From the IMG/VR virus record IMGVR_UViG_3300017722_005389: 64,000 bases of DNA; one strand, 5' to 3'. This DNA comes from a virus. Taxonomy: Duplodnaviria; Caudoviricetes. The stretch's first letter is position 1. Every line of letters starts with the position of its first letter. The notes under the pieces were generated by a model, which searched no databases, had not been told where the DNA came from, and was given only the letters and a program-made list of their open reading frames with translations. Of the stretch, positions 47,627 through 57,089 are shown in pieces. The translations under genes and the position numbers were made by a program.

Positions 47627-49608
47627 TTCAAATACTTTCTTTTATATAGCCACAATGCACAATTTTTAGGTTCGGCTCTGTCGATATTTTTTAAAAATTC
47701 AATGTTGAAAGGATCCACAGCTTTATTTTTACTATAGACTTTAGCTAATTCTCCCCAAATATCTCTATAAAGTAGATTAAATTCTGGGTGGAATCTATGA
47801 TACAATGATTTTTTATAAAAATAAGTTGGATAATACTTTTCTTCTTCCGAAGGAACATCTGGAATTTCCAATGGTTCTAATACAGGTTCTCCATGTTGAC
47901 CTAAAAATCCTATTTCTTCTATGAGCAGATGTCCCATATAGGTTTCATAACAATAGAAATTCCTGCCTTTATCATTTGTCAGATACATTAATGTTGTACC
48001 TGGTTTGTAATCTTTTAGCCATTGAAGGGTTAAAGTATTTCTTTGGATAATTTTTTCACCGACATTTTGTTTTGTTGTGATTTTCTTATCAAGTTCAATA
48101 ATATTTTCAATAACACTTTCGATTTGGAAGTAATAGATTTTGATATTTTTGCTGATACCTGATTTTAGAATTCTATCTATACGTCCGTTTCTTTGAGTGA
48201 TTTTGGATGGGTTCCATTTCTGGTCAAAATGTATAAGGATGTTTGCGTTGTGTAAGCTTACGCCTTCAGATAACACATCTGTTGCAGCGAGGACATTTAT
48301 ATCGAATAACTCTGAAGAATCATAATTGGCATCAAAAGAAGCCTGAATGCTTTCTAAAAGATTTTCATTACTGTCTGAAGTATAACATAGGTATTCTTTT
48401 GAATAATTTTTATCTAAAAATTCGCTTATAATTTCTAAGGTATCTTTATATTCTGTGAAAATGACTGTTTTTTCATCAGAAATTGTTTTTAGCATCAGAT
48501 TCAATTTGCCATCATCGTTTAATTCTTTCAAAATATCCGAAATACTTAAAAAAGCGTCTTTATCGAATTCTAAATCTTTTCTATAGGCATTTGATAGGGG
48601 TAATTCAATATTATCTATAAATACTGAATGTGTTGATTTGTTAAGTTCCTGGTTAACATTTAAAATCATTTTTTCGATTGATTTTTTGAATGCATGGACA
48701 GAACTATCCAATCTTTTCAGAAGAAATGTTTTTATAAGTCCTTTGAAAGATTGCTGAGTTTTATACTTTGGATGGTTGCTATAATAGAGTTTATTTTGGA
48801 TTGCAAAATTTGTTGAATGTAGAATTTTTATAATATTTGAAATTTTCGAAATTTCTTCAGAAGAAAAAAAGTTTTGCAAGTTAATTTTTTCTATCTTTGG
48901 GAAGTGTCCCATCAATTCTACATCAGAAGGATAATCTTTTACAATAGATTCTCTTGTATTTCTTATGGAAAATGTGCTTACCACTTTTGAAATATTTGTG
49001 ATAAGGGATTCTTTTATCGAAGTAGTTTCATTTTTTTTGGAGATGGTTCCAAAATCTGGGACATCTTCAGAATATCTGTCTATATAGTTCAGTTTCTTCT
49101 CAGTTTCTATTGCTTTGTCAAGCATGATTCCTAACGAGATAAAAGCTGGAGTATCAGTTTTAAAATTTATAAGTGATAATACATCTCTAAATTCTCTTAT
49201 ATTGTTTTGAAATGGAGTTGCTGTCAAAATGATAACTATGGGGTTATACTTTTTGACATATTCAAAAACTTTTATAAAGGATTTTGATTTTAAATTTCTG
49301 AGGTTGTGTCCTTCGTCAATGATGAGAACTTCCGAAGGTTCTGTTGGAGGTTTTACGAAGGTGAATATATCAAAAGAATTTGTTGTGTTCTTTAGAACGT
49401 TCTTCCAATTTCTTTGGTTTGATTTTGGCGATATTATATTTATTCTACCATCTGTAAGATTTATGGCTGTTGTGGAAGCTGTGATGGTTTTACCTAAACC
49501 TGTTTCATCAAAAATACACGCACCATTATTATTTTTTATAATTTCCAAAAGAAGGTTGATTGAGTTCTTTTGAAATTCGAAGGGTTCGTAAGAAGGAATA
49601 GTTTTCAT
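47623..49608 (-). CDS. SNF2-like superfamily 2 helicase
   Basis: DETGLGKT, DEGHNLRN, LTATPFQN, TDVLSEGVSL, WNPSKITQRNGRIDR. Confidence 0.85.
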   Translation of the reverse strand: MKTIPSYEPFEFQKNSINLLLEIIKNNNGACIFDETGLGKTITASTTAINLTDGRINIISPKSNQRNWKNVLKNTTNSFDIFTFVKPPTEPSEVLIIDEGHNLRNLKSKSFIKVFEYVKKYNPIVIILTATPFQNNIREFRDVLSLINFKTDTPAFISLGIMLDKAIETEKKLNYIDRYSEDVPDFGTISKKNETTSIKESLITNISKVVSTFSIRNTRESIVKDYPSDVELMGHFPKIEKINLQNFFSSEEISKISNIIKILHSTNFAIQNKLYYSNHPKYKTQQSFKGLIKTFLLKRLDSSVHAFKKSIEKMILNVNQELNKSTHSVFIDNIELPLSNAYRKDLEFDKDAFLSISDILKELNDDGKLNLMLKTISDEKTVIFTEYKDTLEIISEFLDKNYSKEYLCYTSDSNENLLESIQASFDANYDSSELFDINVLAATDVLSEGVSLHNANILIHFDQKWNPSKITQRNGRIDRILKSGISKNIKIYYFQIESVIENIIELDKKITTKQNVGEKIIQRNTLTLQWLKDYKPGTTLMYLTNDKGRNFYCYETYMGHLLIEEIGFLGQHGEPVLEPLEIPDVPSEEEKYYPTYFYKKSLYHRFHPEFNLLYRDIWGELAKVYSKNKAVDPFNIEFLKNIDRAEPKNCALWLYKRKYLK

Positions 49609-49666
49609 TTTTAAAATAAAAAATGTTGGCAGAACAAGTCTGCCAACAATAAGTTAATAAAAGGAG

Positions 49667-50014
49667 TTAAAATGGTAATTCGTCCCCAGTATCATAGGTT
49701 TCATATTCATAAGAATCTTCATTTTCATCAGAATCATTGCTATCTGATGTGACTTTATCAATTCTCCAGGCTTGAAGGTTAACATAGAACTTTCCTTGCC
49801 ATTCGCTTCCTCGAATATTGAATGAAACCTTTAGCATGTCACCGACTTTTTTATTATCAAGCAGACCACATTTGTCCTGTTTCATCTCAAATTTTAGTTT
49901 TTGAGGATATTGCTCATCTGTTTCAACAATAAACTCTCTCTTTTTGAATCCATTTGCTCCTATAGTTTGTGTTGGATCAATTTGGATTATTCTCCCTATC
50001 ATTTCAAAATTCAT
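49667..50014 (-). CDS. DUF3127 family ssDNA-binding protein
   Basis: FKKREF.VET.EQYPQ..FE..QDK...V.FN.RG.EW...Y.NL.AWRI, acidic tail ending LPF. Confidence 0.85.
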   Translation of the reverse strand: MNFEMIGRIIQIDPTQTIGANGFKKREFIVETDEQYPQKLKFEMKQDKCGLLDNKKVGDMLKVSFNIRGSEWQGKFYVNLQAWRIDKVTSDSNDSDENEDSYEYETYDTGDELPF

Positions 50015-50105
50015 AAATCTATATTTTTGTTTAAAATTATGTTATCGAATATAATAACTGTTATGAATTATGAAAAGTTCAAAATTTCTTTAGAAATTTT
50101 ATTTT

Positions 50106-51131
50106 TTAACTTAATGAGTTGATTAATTCACTTACTTTTTTAGCACTATATGCAACAGCTCTTTTAGCACCTATTAACCTAGTTCTAGCTTTCATTGCAT
50201 CTTGTAATATACCTTTCATAGTATAATCAGGATTATTTTTAATATAATTTACCAAACTATTATAAAGTATTTGAAAATTACCTGCTCCATTCCAAGCCCC
50301 ATAAGCAAAGTGAACTTGCAATCTTGCATCTGAATTAATTATACCTTCTATTTTTTTATCCATTTTTACAATATTTTTTTTATTAAAATTATATGCAGCT
50401 AACATTACGTTTGCTGCAGCTTTTCTTAAAGTTGAACCTTTTGGCACATGATTATATGTCCATTTAGGTTTATCTTTAGATAAGGGGCTCCATCCACTGT
50501 TTTTATCTACAGTATTCCAAAATGCTAATCCTTCTGGAGTTGTATTATTTTTTCCACCATGCTTTCTATCAATTCCAAATAAAGTTTCTCCTGAATCATA
50601 CATATATTCACCCCCTTTTAGACTAGCCTTCATATCTGGATGATAATAACCTCCTTCTAAACGATCTATAATTAGATTTGTAATAGTATCCCAATCTTTT
50701 GGGGATACAATTTCATCAGAGAATTCTGTTTTTGCTTCAGGAGTTTCTTCCTCTGCTTCAGCATTTGTACCTAAAATGGTATTGTATAACATTGTAATAG
50801 TTTCTCTGTCAGGATCTATCCTGGAATCACTAAATCCACTTGGAAACACTTGTTCTCTTTGGTATTTTCCGATAAAATCTTGAAATTTTTGACATTCACC
50901 AATTTCTTTATAATCATTTTCAGGGCTACATTCTTTTTTAATTTTTTCAATTTCATCAGAAAATCCTACTTTTGGATCTGAAAACAGCGTTAATATATGT
51001 TCAACATCTGTTGGTTCGTTAACACCTCCTAATCCTATAGATTGAAAATCGGCTTTCTTTGTAACACCTTCTTTGATAAGCTTTCTTAAGGCAACTTTTA
51101 TTTCTTCTTTTATCAACAATTTTTTTCGCAT
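50106..51131 (-). CDS. putative virion-associated muramidase (GH108-like)
   Basis: LEGGY...GETLFGID motif; LRKLIKE leader. Confidence 0.55.
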   Translation of the reverse strand: MRKKLLIKEEIKVALRKLIKEGVTKKADFQSIGLGGVNEPTDVEHILTLFSDPKVGFSDEIEKIKKECSPENDYKEIGECQKFQDFIGKYQREQVFPSGFSDSRIDPDRETITMLYNTILGTNAEAEEETPEAKTEFSDEIVSPKDWDTITNLIIDRLEGGYYHPDMKASLKGGEYMYDSGETLFGIDRKHGGKNNTTPEGLAFWNTVDKNSGWSPLSKDKPKWTYNHVPKGSTLRKAAANVMLAAYNFNKKNIVKMDKKIEGIINSDARLQVHFAYGAWNGAGNFQILYNSLVNYIKNNPDYTMKGILQDAMKARTRLIGAKRAVAYSAKKVSELINSLS

Positions 51132-51245
51132 GGAAATTTTATTATAAATATTTACAACTTTTTTTAAATCGATTTTTGAACTTTTTTAAAGTTTCAATAG
51201 TTGATATAATCGATATCATTTTTCACATAAAACTTTATCAGTACA

Positions 51246-51605
51246 ATGAAAAAACAATCTTTAAAGTCTAAAGTTTCAAAAATTAATAGGCTTATCAAAG
51301 AAATCGATGAAAAAATTGTTTATAACGAAAAAATGTACAAGTTTTTCGTAAAACTCTCTTTGGATTATAATACAGCTTTCCAAAGAGCCGAATATGTTCC
51401 TTTGAATACAAAAGAATATGGGAAAAATATGGTTTCTGATGAAGTTGAAAATATTTATAAGTTTGCACAAAGGTATCTTCAAAAGAGGGATTTTTATGTT
51501 CGTTGGATATTAAAAATACAATCTATAGTAAGAAATAATAATCTGGGGCTATTTATTATAAATGCAAAGTATAGTAATAAATCTTACTTTGACGATTTGA
51601 TTTAA
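51246..51605 (+). CDS. hypothetical protein
   Basis: 119 aa, basic. Confidence 0.6.
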   Translation: MKKQSLKSKVSKINRLIKEIDEKIVYNEKMYKFFVKLSLDYNTAFQRAEYVPLNTKEYGKNMVSDEVENIYKFAQRYLQKRDFYVRWILKIQSIVRNNNLGLFIINAKYSNKSYFDDLI

Positions 51606-51646
51606 AATCTTCAAAAGAACACTTAGAATAAATTGTTAACGTTATT

Positions 51647-52273
51647 ATGAAAGAATTTCAAACCATCCTGAAGGAAAAAGGTTATTATCAAGGGTCTATT
51701 GATGGTATCATTGGAAAAATGAGTTTGGCTGCTACACAAAGTTTTATTTCTGATGAAATCAAAAAACGTAATTGGGTGCAACCTACTACAGAATTCGTAT
51801 GGATTAGAACTGACCAGAAATTGGATAATAAATTTGCAGATATTTGCGTAAGGTTCAATGCAGGTGTGGCTGATATGGTTATGACTTGTTCCACTGTCCC
51901 TGGCGATTTCTATATTTTCAATCCGCTGACGGTGGGAGGGGTCACTGGTGCAGCGATTGCTTGCGAACAGCAGCAAATCCAATCACATACTTTTGTTAGC
52001 AGTGCAAATTGGAAGTCACTTTGGCTTGGGGCACCTTATTTCATGCAAACAGGTGTTGTTGAAATCTTCCGTGATGGTAATAAGAACCGTGTGATAGATA
52101 AAAACATTAAAACCAAGGGTTTCTATGGAATTAACTTCCATAGAGCAGGTTTAGGTTCTCTTGTAGATAATTGGTCTGCAGGATGTCAAGTGGTCGCTGA
52201 TAACAGTTGGTTTCAAGCGATCAAAATCTTCCAAAATGGGCAGAAAATAAATTTCACTTTGATAGAATTATAA
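51647..52273 (+). CDS. endolysin-like: PG-binding domain + L,D-transpeptidase-like His/Cys domain
   Basis: GYYQGSIDGIIG; GINFHRA...WSAGCQV. Confidence 0.7.
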   Translation: MKEFQTILKEKGYYQGSIDGIIGKMSLAATQSFISDEIKKRNWVQPTTEFVWIRTDQKLDNKFADICVRFNAGVADMVMTCSTVPGDFYIFNPLTVGGVTGAAIACEQQQIQSHTFVSSANWKSLWLGAPYFMQTGVVEIFRDGNKNRVIDKNIKTKGFYGINFHRAGLGSLVDNWSAGCQVVADNSWFQAIKIFQNGQKINFTLIEL

Positions 52274-52298
52274 CTCCCCAAAATTTCCTGGATAAAAT

Positions 52299-52380
52299 AA
52301 AACTTCTTTTGAAAATTATATATCTCCAAAAGTAACAAAAAACTTCTTTTGGTGAAATGTAAATTTTCAAAAGAAGTTTT
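52299..52380. repeat. 19-bp perfect inverted repeat upstream of the QL array
   Basis: AAAACTTCTTTTGAAAATT (52299-317) / AATTTTCAAAAGAAGTTTT (52362-380); a third half-site lies between. Confidence 0.8.
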
Positions 52381-52417
52381 TTTTATAATGGTTAGGATGA
52401 AATATTTATGAATTTTT

Positions 52418-52449
52418 TTTTGGATTTATGGATTTTTATCTTACCTTTG
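52418..52449 (+). promoter_or_regulatory. Bacteroidota-type promoter for the QL array
   Basis: TTTG, 19 nt, TACCTTTG; a second candidate at ~52518-52548. Confidence 0.65.
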
Positions 52450-52576
52450 TGGAATGTTATTTTCAAATTTTAAACGGAATGTTTATAAGCCTTCTTTTGA
52501 AATAAAACCAGCCTTCCTTTGAATTTAATCACAAAAGTGGTATCTTTATATGCCAAAAGAAATAAAATGTCTTACA

Positions 52577-52705
52577 ATGGAAAATCTCAATAAAAAAATC
52601 AATAGTCAACTTCATAGGCAACGTTATGATAAACTTTATGGGCAACTTTATAGTCAACTTGATATGCAACTTAAAAATCAAATGAAGGATGAAAAAATTA
52701 AATGA
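52577..52705 (+). CDS. QL-repeat mini-protein 1 (42 aa)
   Basis: MENLNKKINSQLHRQRYDKLYGQLYSQLDMQLKNQMKDEKIK. Confidence 0.65.
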   Translation: MENLNKKINSQLHRQRYDKLYGQLYSQLDMQLKNQMKDEKIK

Positions 52706-52901
52706 TAAAATTTTTGATAGCCTTAATTGGCAATTCCGTAATCGACTTAGAAGTCAACTTCATGGTCAACTTTATAATCAACTTTATAATAAACTTGAAA
52801 GTCAACTTGAAAGTCAACTTTATGAGCAACTTAATATGCAACTTTATGGGCAACTTAATATGCAACTTAAAACTCAAATGAAGGATGGAGAATTTAAATG
52901 A
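52689..52901 (+). CDS. QL-repeat mini-protein 2
   Basis: M(E/K)NL start, QLxx repeats, 17-nt overlap. Confidence 0.75.
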   Translation: MKKLNDKIFDSLNWQFRNRLRSQLHGQLYNQLYNKLESQLESQLYEQLNMQLYGQLNMQLKTQMKDGEFK

Positions 52902-53094
52902 ACAAATTGATAGCAGTATTAGAAGTCAAATCGATTTTGAACTCTGTAGGGAACTTGAACATCAGCTCGATAGATATCTCAAAATTAAACTTCATAATAA
53001 ATCTAAAATTCTTGATCAACTCCTCAATAGTGAACTTGATTGGCGAATTGATTGGCAATTTCAAAATCAAATGGAGCATGAAAAATTTAAATAA
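52885..53094 (+). CDS. QL-repeat mini-protein 3
   Basis: Family pattern. Confidence 0.75.
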   Translation: MENLNEQIDSSIRSQIDFELCRELEHQLDRYLKIKLHNKSKILDQLLNSELDWRIDWQFQNQMEHEKFK

Positions 53095-53278
53095 AGAAGA
53101 ATGTAGTGGTCTTAATGAGCCATTACTTAACAGGCTTGAATGGGAGTTCAATAGGAAACTTGAAGTTCCGCTTGAACGTAAGCTTTATGATGAACTTAAC
53201 AGGCAAATCAAATGGGGGCTTTACAGTCAAATTCAAAGGCAACTTGAAAAACTAAAGGAACATGGAAAATCTCAATAA
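53078..53278 (+). CDS. QL-repeat mini-protein 4
   Basis: MKNLNKEEC start inside a longer ORF. Confidence 0.7.
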   Translation: MKNLNKEECSGLNEPLLNRLEWEFNRKLEVPLERKLYDELNRQIKWGLYSQIQRQLEKLKEHGKSQ

Positions 53279-53486
53279 AAAAATCAATAGTCAACTTCAT
53301 AGGCAACTTTATGATAAACTTTATGGGCAACTTTATAGTCAACTTGATAGAAAACTTCAAAATCAACTTATTAATAAACTTGATAGGCAACTTGAAAGTC
53401 AAATTTATGAGCAACTTTATGGGCAACACCGTGTTCAACTTAGAAGTCAACTTAAAAAACTAAAGGAACATGGAAAATTTAAATGA
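53262..53486 (+). CDS. QL-repeat mini-protein 5
   Basis: Family pattern. Confidence 0.75.
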   Translation: MENLNKKINSQLHRQLYDKLYGQLYSQLDRKLQNQLINKLDRQLESQIYEQLYGQHRVQLRSQLKKLKEHGKFK

Positions 53487-53685
53487 AGAGCTTGGTACAA
53501 TTCTTAATAATAAAGTTAGTCCGCTTTATAGTGAGGTTGTTAGTTACCTTCAAATTCACACAAAACTTTATTGGGAACTTGAACGTCTGCTTGATAGGGA
53601 TGTCAGGGGTTTGCTTTATAGTGGACTTAATAGACAAATTTATATACAACTTCGAAATCAAATGAAGGATGGAAAAGCTCAATAG
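53470..53685 (+). CDS. QL-repeat mini-protein 6
   Basis: Family pattern. Confidence 0.75.
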   Translation: MENLNEELGTILNNKVSPLYSEVVSYLQIHTKLYWELERLLDRDVRGLLYSGLNRQIYIQLRNQMKDGKAQ

Positions 53686-53893
53686 CAAAATATTTAATGT
53701 ATTTCATAATAAACTTCATAATAAACTTTATAGTCAACTTGGTACTCAAATTGATGGGCAACTTTATAGGCAACTTGATAATCTACTTAAAATTCAACTT
53801 TATAGTCAACTTAGTAGTCAACTTTATAGTGGACTTAATAGTCAACTTTATAATCAGCTTAAAAATCAAATGAAGGATGGAAAATTTAAATAA
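53669..53893 (+). CDS. QL-repeat mini-protein 7
   Basis: Family pattern. Confidence 0.75.
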   Translation: MEKLNSKIFNVFHNKLHNKLYSQLGTQIDGQLYRQLDNLLKIQLYSQLSSQLYSGLNSQLYNQLKNQMKDGKFK

Positions 53894-54071
53894 GAAAATC
53901 AGTAATGGAATGGCAGGTGGGCTTAGTAAGCTCAGTCTTATGCAACATTTAAATTTAGAATGGGGATTGAGTAGTATACTTATTGGTAAATTGGATGGGG
54001 TAACTGTTGGTTTTAACATGCAACTTGGTAGTCAACTTAAAAAAAATATAATAGATGGAAAATTTAATTGA
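53877..54071 (+). CDS. QL-repeat mini-protein 8 (divergent)
   Basis: Conserved ends, divergent core. Confidence 0.7.
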   Translation: MENLNKKISNGMAGGLSKLSLMQHLNLEWGLSSILIGKLDGVTVGFNMQLGSQLKKNIIDGKFN

Positions 54072-54255
54072 TAAAATCTTTTATAGTCTTGATAGTAAAC
54101 TTGATAGGCAATTTTATAGTCAACTTGGTACTCAAATTGATGGGCAACTTTATAGGCAACTTTATAGTCAACTTAGTAGTCAACTTTATAGTCAACTTAG
54201 TAGTCAACTTTATTGGCAACTTAAAACTCAAATAAAAGATGGAAAATTTAAATGA
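54055..54255 (+). CDS. QL-repeat mini-protein 9
   Basis: Family pattern. Confidence 0.75.
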   Translation: MENLIDKIFYSLDSKLDRQFYSQLGTQIDGQLYRQLYSQLSSQLYSQLSSQLYWQLKTQIKDGKFK

Positions 54256-54427
54256 AAAAATCCGTAGTGGTCTTAATGGTAAACTTGATAGTCTACTTTA
54301 TGGGCAACTTCGTAGTCAACTTTATAATCAACTTCATAGTAGACTTAATAGGCAACTCCGTAATAAACTTTATTGGCAATTTTATAGTATACTTGAAAAT
54401 CAAATGAAGGATGGAAAATTTAAATAG
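54239..54427 (+). CDS. QL-repeat mini-protein 10
   Basis: Family pattern. Confidence 0.75.
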   Translation: MENLNEKIRSGLNGKLDSLLYGQLRSQLYNQLHSRLNRQLRNKLYWQFYSILENQMKDGKFK

Positions 54428-54611
54428 GAAAATATATAGTCGACTTGATAGGCAACTTGATAGTGAATTCTTTAATGAATTTTATTGGCAATTTGAAAGG
54501 CAACTTTATAGTGAACTCGGTAATCAAATTTGTAGTCCGCTTCGTAGACAATTCTATTGGCAGATTAATTTACAACTTAAAACTCAAATGAAAGATGGAA
54601 AATTTAAATAA
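54411..54611 (+). CDS. QL-repeat mini-protein 11
   Basis: Family pattern. Confidence 0.75.
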   Translation: MENLNRKIYSRLDRQLDSEFFNEFYWQFERQLYSELGNQICSPLRRQFYWQINLQLKTQMKDGKFK

Positions 54612-54795
54612 GAAAATCCGTAGGGGTTTTAATATTAAACTTGATAGTGAACTTGACAACCAACTTTGTAGTCAAATTGATAGACAACTTTATTGGCAAC
54701 TCTGTAATCAACTTGAAAGTCAACTTTTTTGGATACTTGATGAACGACTTGGTGAACAACTTAAAACTCAAATGAAAGATGGAAAATCTCAGTAA
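54595..54795 (+). CDS. QL-repeat mini-protein 12
   Basis: Family pattern. Confidence 0.75.
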   Translation: MENLNKKIRRGFNIKLDSELDNQLCSQIDRQLYWQLCNQLESQLFWILDERLGEQLKTQMKDGKSQ

Positions 54796-55009
54796 AAATA
54801 TTAATAGTCTTAATATTGAACTTGGTAGTGAACTTAATATTCAACTTGGTACTCAAATTGATGGGCAACTTCGTAATCAATTTCTTAATCAACTTGGTAG
54901 TAAACTTCATAGTCAACTTCATAGTCAACTTCATTGGCAACTTAATAATCAAATTGGTAATCAAATTGGTAATCAACTTAAAACTCAAATGGGGAATGAA
55001 AAATTTTAA
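54779..55009 (+). CDS. QL-repeat mini-protein 13
   Basis: Family pattern. Confidence 0.75.
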   Translation: MENLSKNINSLNIELGSELNIQLGTQIDGQLRNQFLNQLGSKLHSQLHSQLHWQLNNQIGNQIGNQLKTQMGNEKF

Positions 55010-55172
55010 TGAGAAACTTCGTAATCAACTTCGTAGTGAACTTCATAATAAACTTTATAAGCAAATTGATAGAAAACTTGCTATAGCTGTTCATTTGGAA
55101 CTTGACAGTCAAATAGGTATTCAACCCTGTTTTGAAATTAATAAGCAGCTTAAACGATTAAATGGAAGATGA
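54996..55172 (+). CDS. QL-repeat mini-protein 14
   Basis: MKNFNEKLR start. Confidence 0.7.
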   Translation: MKNFNEKLRNQLRSELHNKLYKQIDRKLAIAVHLELDSQIGIQPCFEINKQLKRLNGR

Positions 55173-55417
55173 AGAAATTGAATACTGAAATCTGTAATCA
55201 ACTTAGTGAAAAGATTTGTTTTCAACTTAATAAAAAAAATTTAGATTGGCAGCTTAGTGTAGAGGTTAATGATAAATTGAATGCCCAACTTTACATTAAT
55301 TTACGCAGTCAGCTTAACGGTCGAATTAGTACACAACTTTACAGGGAGATTAATTTACTTCATTGGGAATTCAATGAACAATTTATAAATCAAATGGAAG
55401 ATGGAAAATTTAAATGA
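55169..55417 (+). CDS. QL-repeat mini-protein 15
   Basis: Family pattern. Confidence 0.75.
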   Translation: MKKLNTEICNQLSEKICFQLNKKNLDWQLSVEVNDKLNAQLYINLRSQLNGRISTQLYREINLLHWEFNEQFINQMEDGKFK

Positions 55418-55661
55418 AAAAATCCGTAGTGGTCTTAATGGTAAACTTGATAGTCTACTTTATGGGCAACTTAATTTGAAAATTAATTGGGAATTTAGAA
55501 AGCGAATTCGTAATCAACTTGAAAGTCAACTTGAAAGTCAACTTGGTAATCAACTTGAAAGTCAAATTGAAAATCAACTTTATTAGCAACTTAAAAGACA
55601 ACTTAATTGGCAGCTTAATGGACAACTTAAAACTCAAATGAAAAATGAAAAATCTCAATAG
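55401..55661 (+). pseudogene. QL-repeat mini-protein 16 with premature TAG (55584-55586)
   Basis: QLY-TAG-QL where paralogs have QLY-TGG-QL; frame continues QLKRQLNWQLNGQLKTQMKNEKSQ. Confidence 0.65.
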
Positions 55662-55857
55662 GAAAATAGATAGTAAAATTGAAAGTCAACTTGGTAGTCA
55701 ACTTTATAATCAACTTGAAATACAACTTGATAGGCAACTTGATAGTCAACTTTATTTACAAATCCGTATCCCACTTAATAGGCAATTGTATTCACGATTA
55801 TATAATCCACTTTTTAATATAATTTACAATCAAATGGAACATGAAAAATCTCAATAG
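55645..55857 (+). CDS. QL-repeat mini-protein 17
   Basis: Family pattern. Confidence 0.75.
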   Translation: MKNLNRKIDSKIESQLGSQLYNQLEIQLDRQLDSQLYLQIRIPLNRQLYSRLYNPLFNIIYNQMEHEKSQ

Positions 55858-56029
55858 TAAAATATATAGTAAAATTGAAAGTCAACTTAATAATCAAATC
55901 AATATACAACTTGATAGGCAACTTCATAGTCAACTTTATTGGCAGCTTCGTAGTCAACTTTTTAGTCAACTTCATTGGGAATTTAATGAACAATTTATAA
56001 ATCAAATGGAACATGGAAAATTTAAATAA
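55841..56029 (+). CDS. QL-repeat mini-protein 18
   Basis: Family pattern. Confidence 0.75.
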   Translation: MKNLNSKIYSKIESQLNNQINIQLDRQLHSQLYWQLRSQLFSQLHWEFNEQFINQMEHGKFK

Positions 56030-56237
56030 AAAGATTCACAATCAAATCTGGAGTCAACTCGAAAGTAAACTTGAAATCAGAAGTCGATACGATAAACAAC
56101 TTCGTGGGGAATTTGAAATTGATTGGCAACTTTGTAGTCAACTTGAGAATCAACTTGAAAGTCGACTTTACTGGGAATTAGGTATAGAAATCAATAGTCA
56201 AATTATAGCTCAAATGGAACATGGAAAATTTAAATAG
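56013..56237 (+). CDS. QL-repeat mini-protein 19
   Basis: Family pattern. Confidence 0.75.
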   Translation: MENLNKKIHNQIWSQLESKLEIRSRYDKQLRGEFEIDWQLCSQLENQLESRLYWELGIEINSQIIAQMEHGKFK

Positions 56238-56427
56238 GCAACTTTATAATCAACTTTGTGAACTTAATATTCAACTCAGTAATCAACTTGAAAGTCAACT
56301 TGAAAGTCAACTTGAAAGTCAACTTTATTGGAAACTTCGTAGTCAACTTAATAGTCAACTTCATTCGCAACTTGAAAGTTGGCTTAATGAACAACTTAAA
56401 ACTCAAATGAAAGATGAAAAATTTTAA
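56221..56427 (+). CDS. QL-repeat mini-protein 20
   Basis: Family pattern. Confidence 0.75.
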   Translation: MENLNRQLYNQLCELNIQLSNQLESQLESQLESQLYWKLRSQLNSQLHSQLESWLNEQLKTQMKDEKF

Positions 56428-56635
56428 TGACGTTATCTGTGAAAAATTATTTAATAGTCTTCGAGTGGAACTCAATAGCCAGCTTAGTAATAATCTGAAT
56501 AGTGGAGTTGTTTTTCGAATAAGTAGGGAGTTGCGAAGTATATTGATAGATAAATTTGATTTAAATTTTTATTCTGAATTGGATGAATTACTTGTTATTA
56601 ATATTGAAAATCTCAATAAAGTAGAAAAAATTTGA
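56414..56635 (+). CDS. QL-repeat mini-protein 21 (divergent)
   Basis: MKNFN start, Leu periodicity kept. Confidence 0.7.
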   Translation: MKNFNDVICEKLFNSLRVELNSQLSNNLNSGVVFRISRELRSILIDKFDLNFYSELDELLVINIENLNKVEKI

Positions 56636-56713
56636 CATTTTACGCTCTTTAGTAGAAAAAATTTGACATTTTAAAAGAAAATACAATTATTGTTGAAAAA
56701 ATTTGCATCAGAA

Positions 56714-56745
56714 TTTGGATAATTCATTTTCTCTTTCTATTTTTG
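56714..56745 (+). promoter_or_regulatory. Bacteroidota-type promoter for the DUF6745 operon
   Basis: TTTG, 20 nt, TATTTTTG. Confidence 0.65.
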
Positions 56746-56788
56746 TGACATGGTTAGCAATTGGTAAACAATTTTACTAAAGATAGAT

Positions 56789-57079
56789 ATGAAAATCAAA
56801 TGTATAAATGATGATTTTTCTAAAGTAATTGAAGAGCTTAGAAAAGAATCTAATGGAATTCCGTTAAAATTTCCTCAAAATGGGGAACTTTATACCATCA
56901 GAGAAACGTTTGATAATGATGGATTGGTAACTTCTTATCTTCTCAATGAAATATATAATCCCACATTTTATATTCCAGTGATCAAACAACGAAGGGAGTT
57001 ATCATTTGCCGAATGGAGATTTGAACATATAACTGAAAATATTGAAATAGAACAAACAGAATTAGTTAACAATTATTAA
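56789..57079 (+). CDS. hypothetical protein
   Basis: 96 aa, first gene of the internal operon. Confidence 0.7.
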   Translation: MKIKCINDDFSKVIEELRKESNGIPLKFPQNGELYTIRETFDNDGLVTSYLLNEIYNPTFYIPVIKQRRELSFAEWRFEHITENIEIEQTELVNNY

Positions 57080-57089
57080 ATTTAAAACC

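Noticed and set aside
55584-55586. Amber (TAG) recoding
   Set aside because: Long genes are intact under code 11 and TAG is used as a normal stop; this TAG matches a TGG in paralogs, and similar breaks elsewhere are TAA
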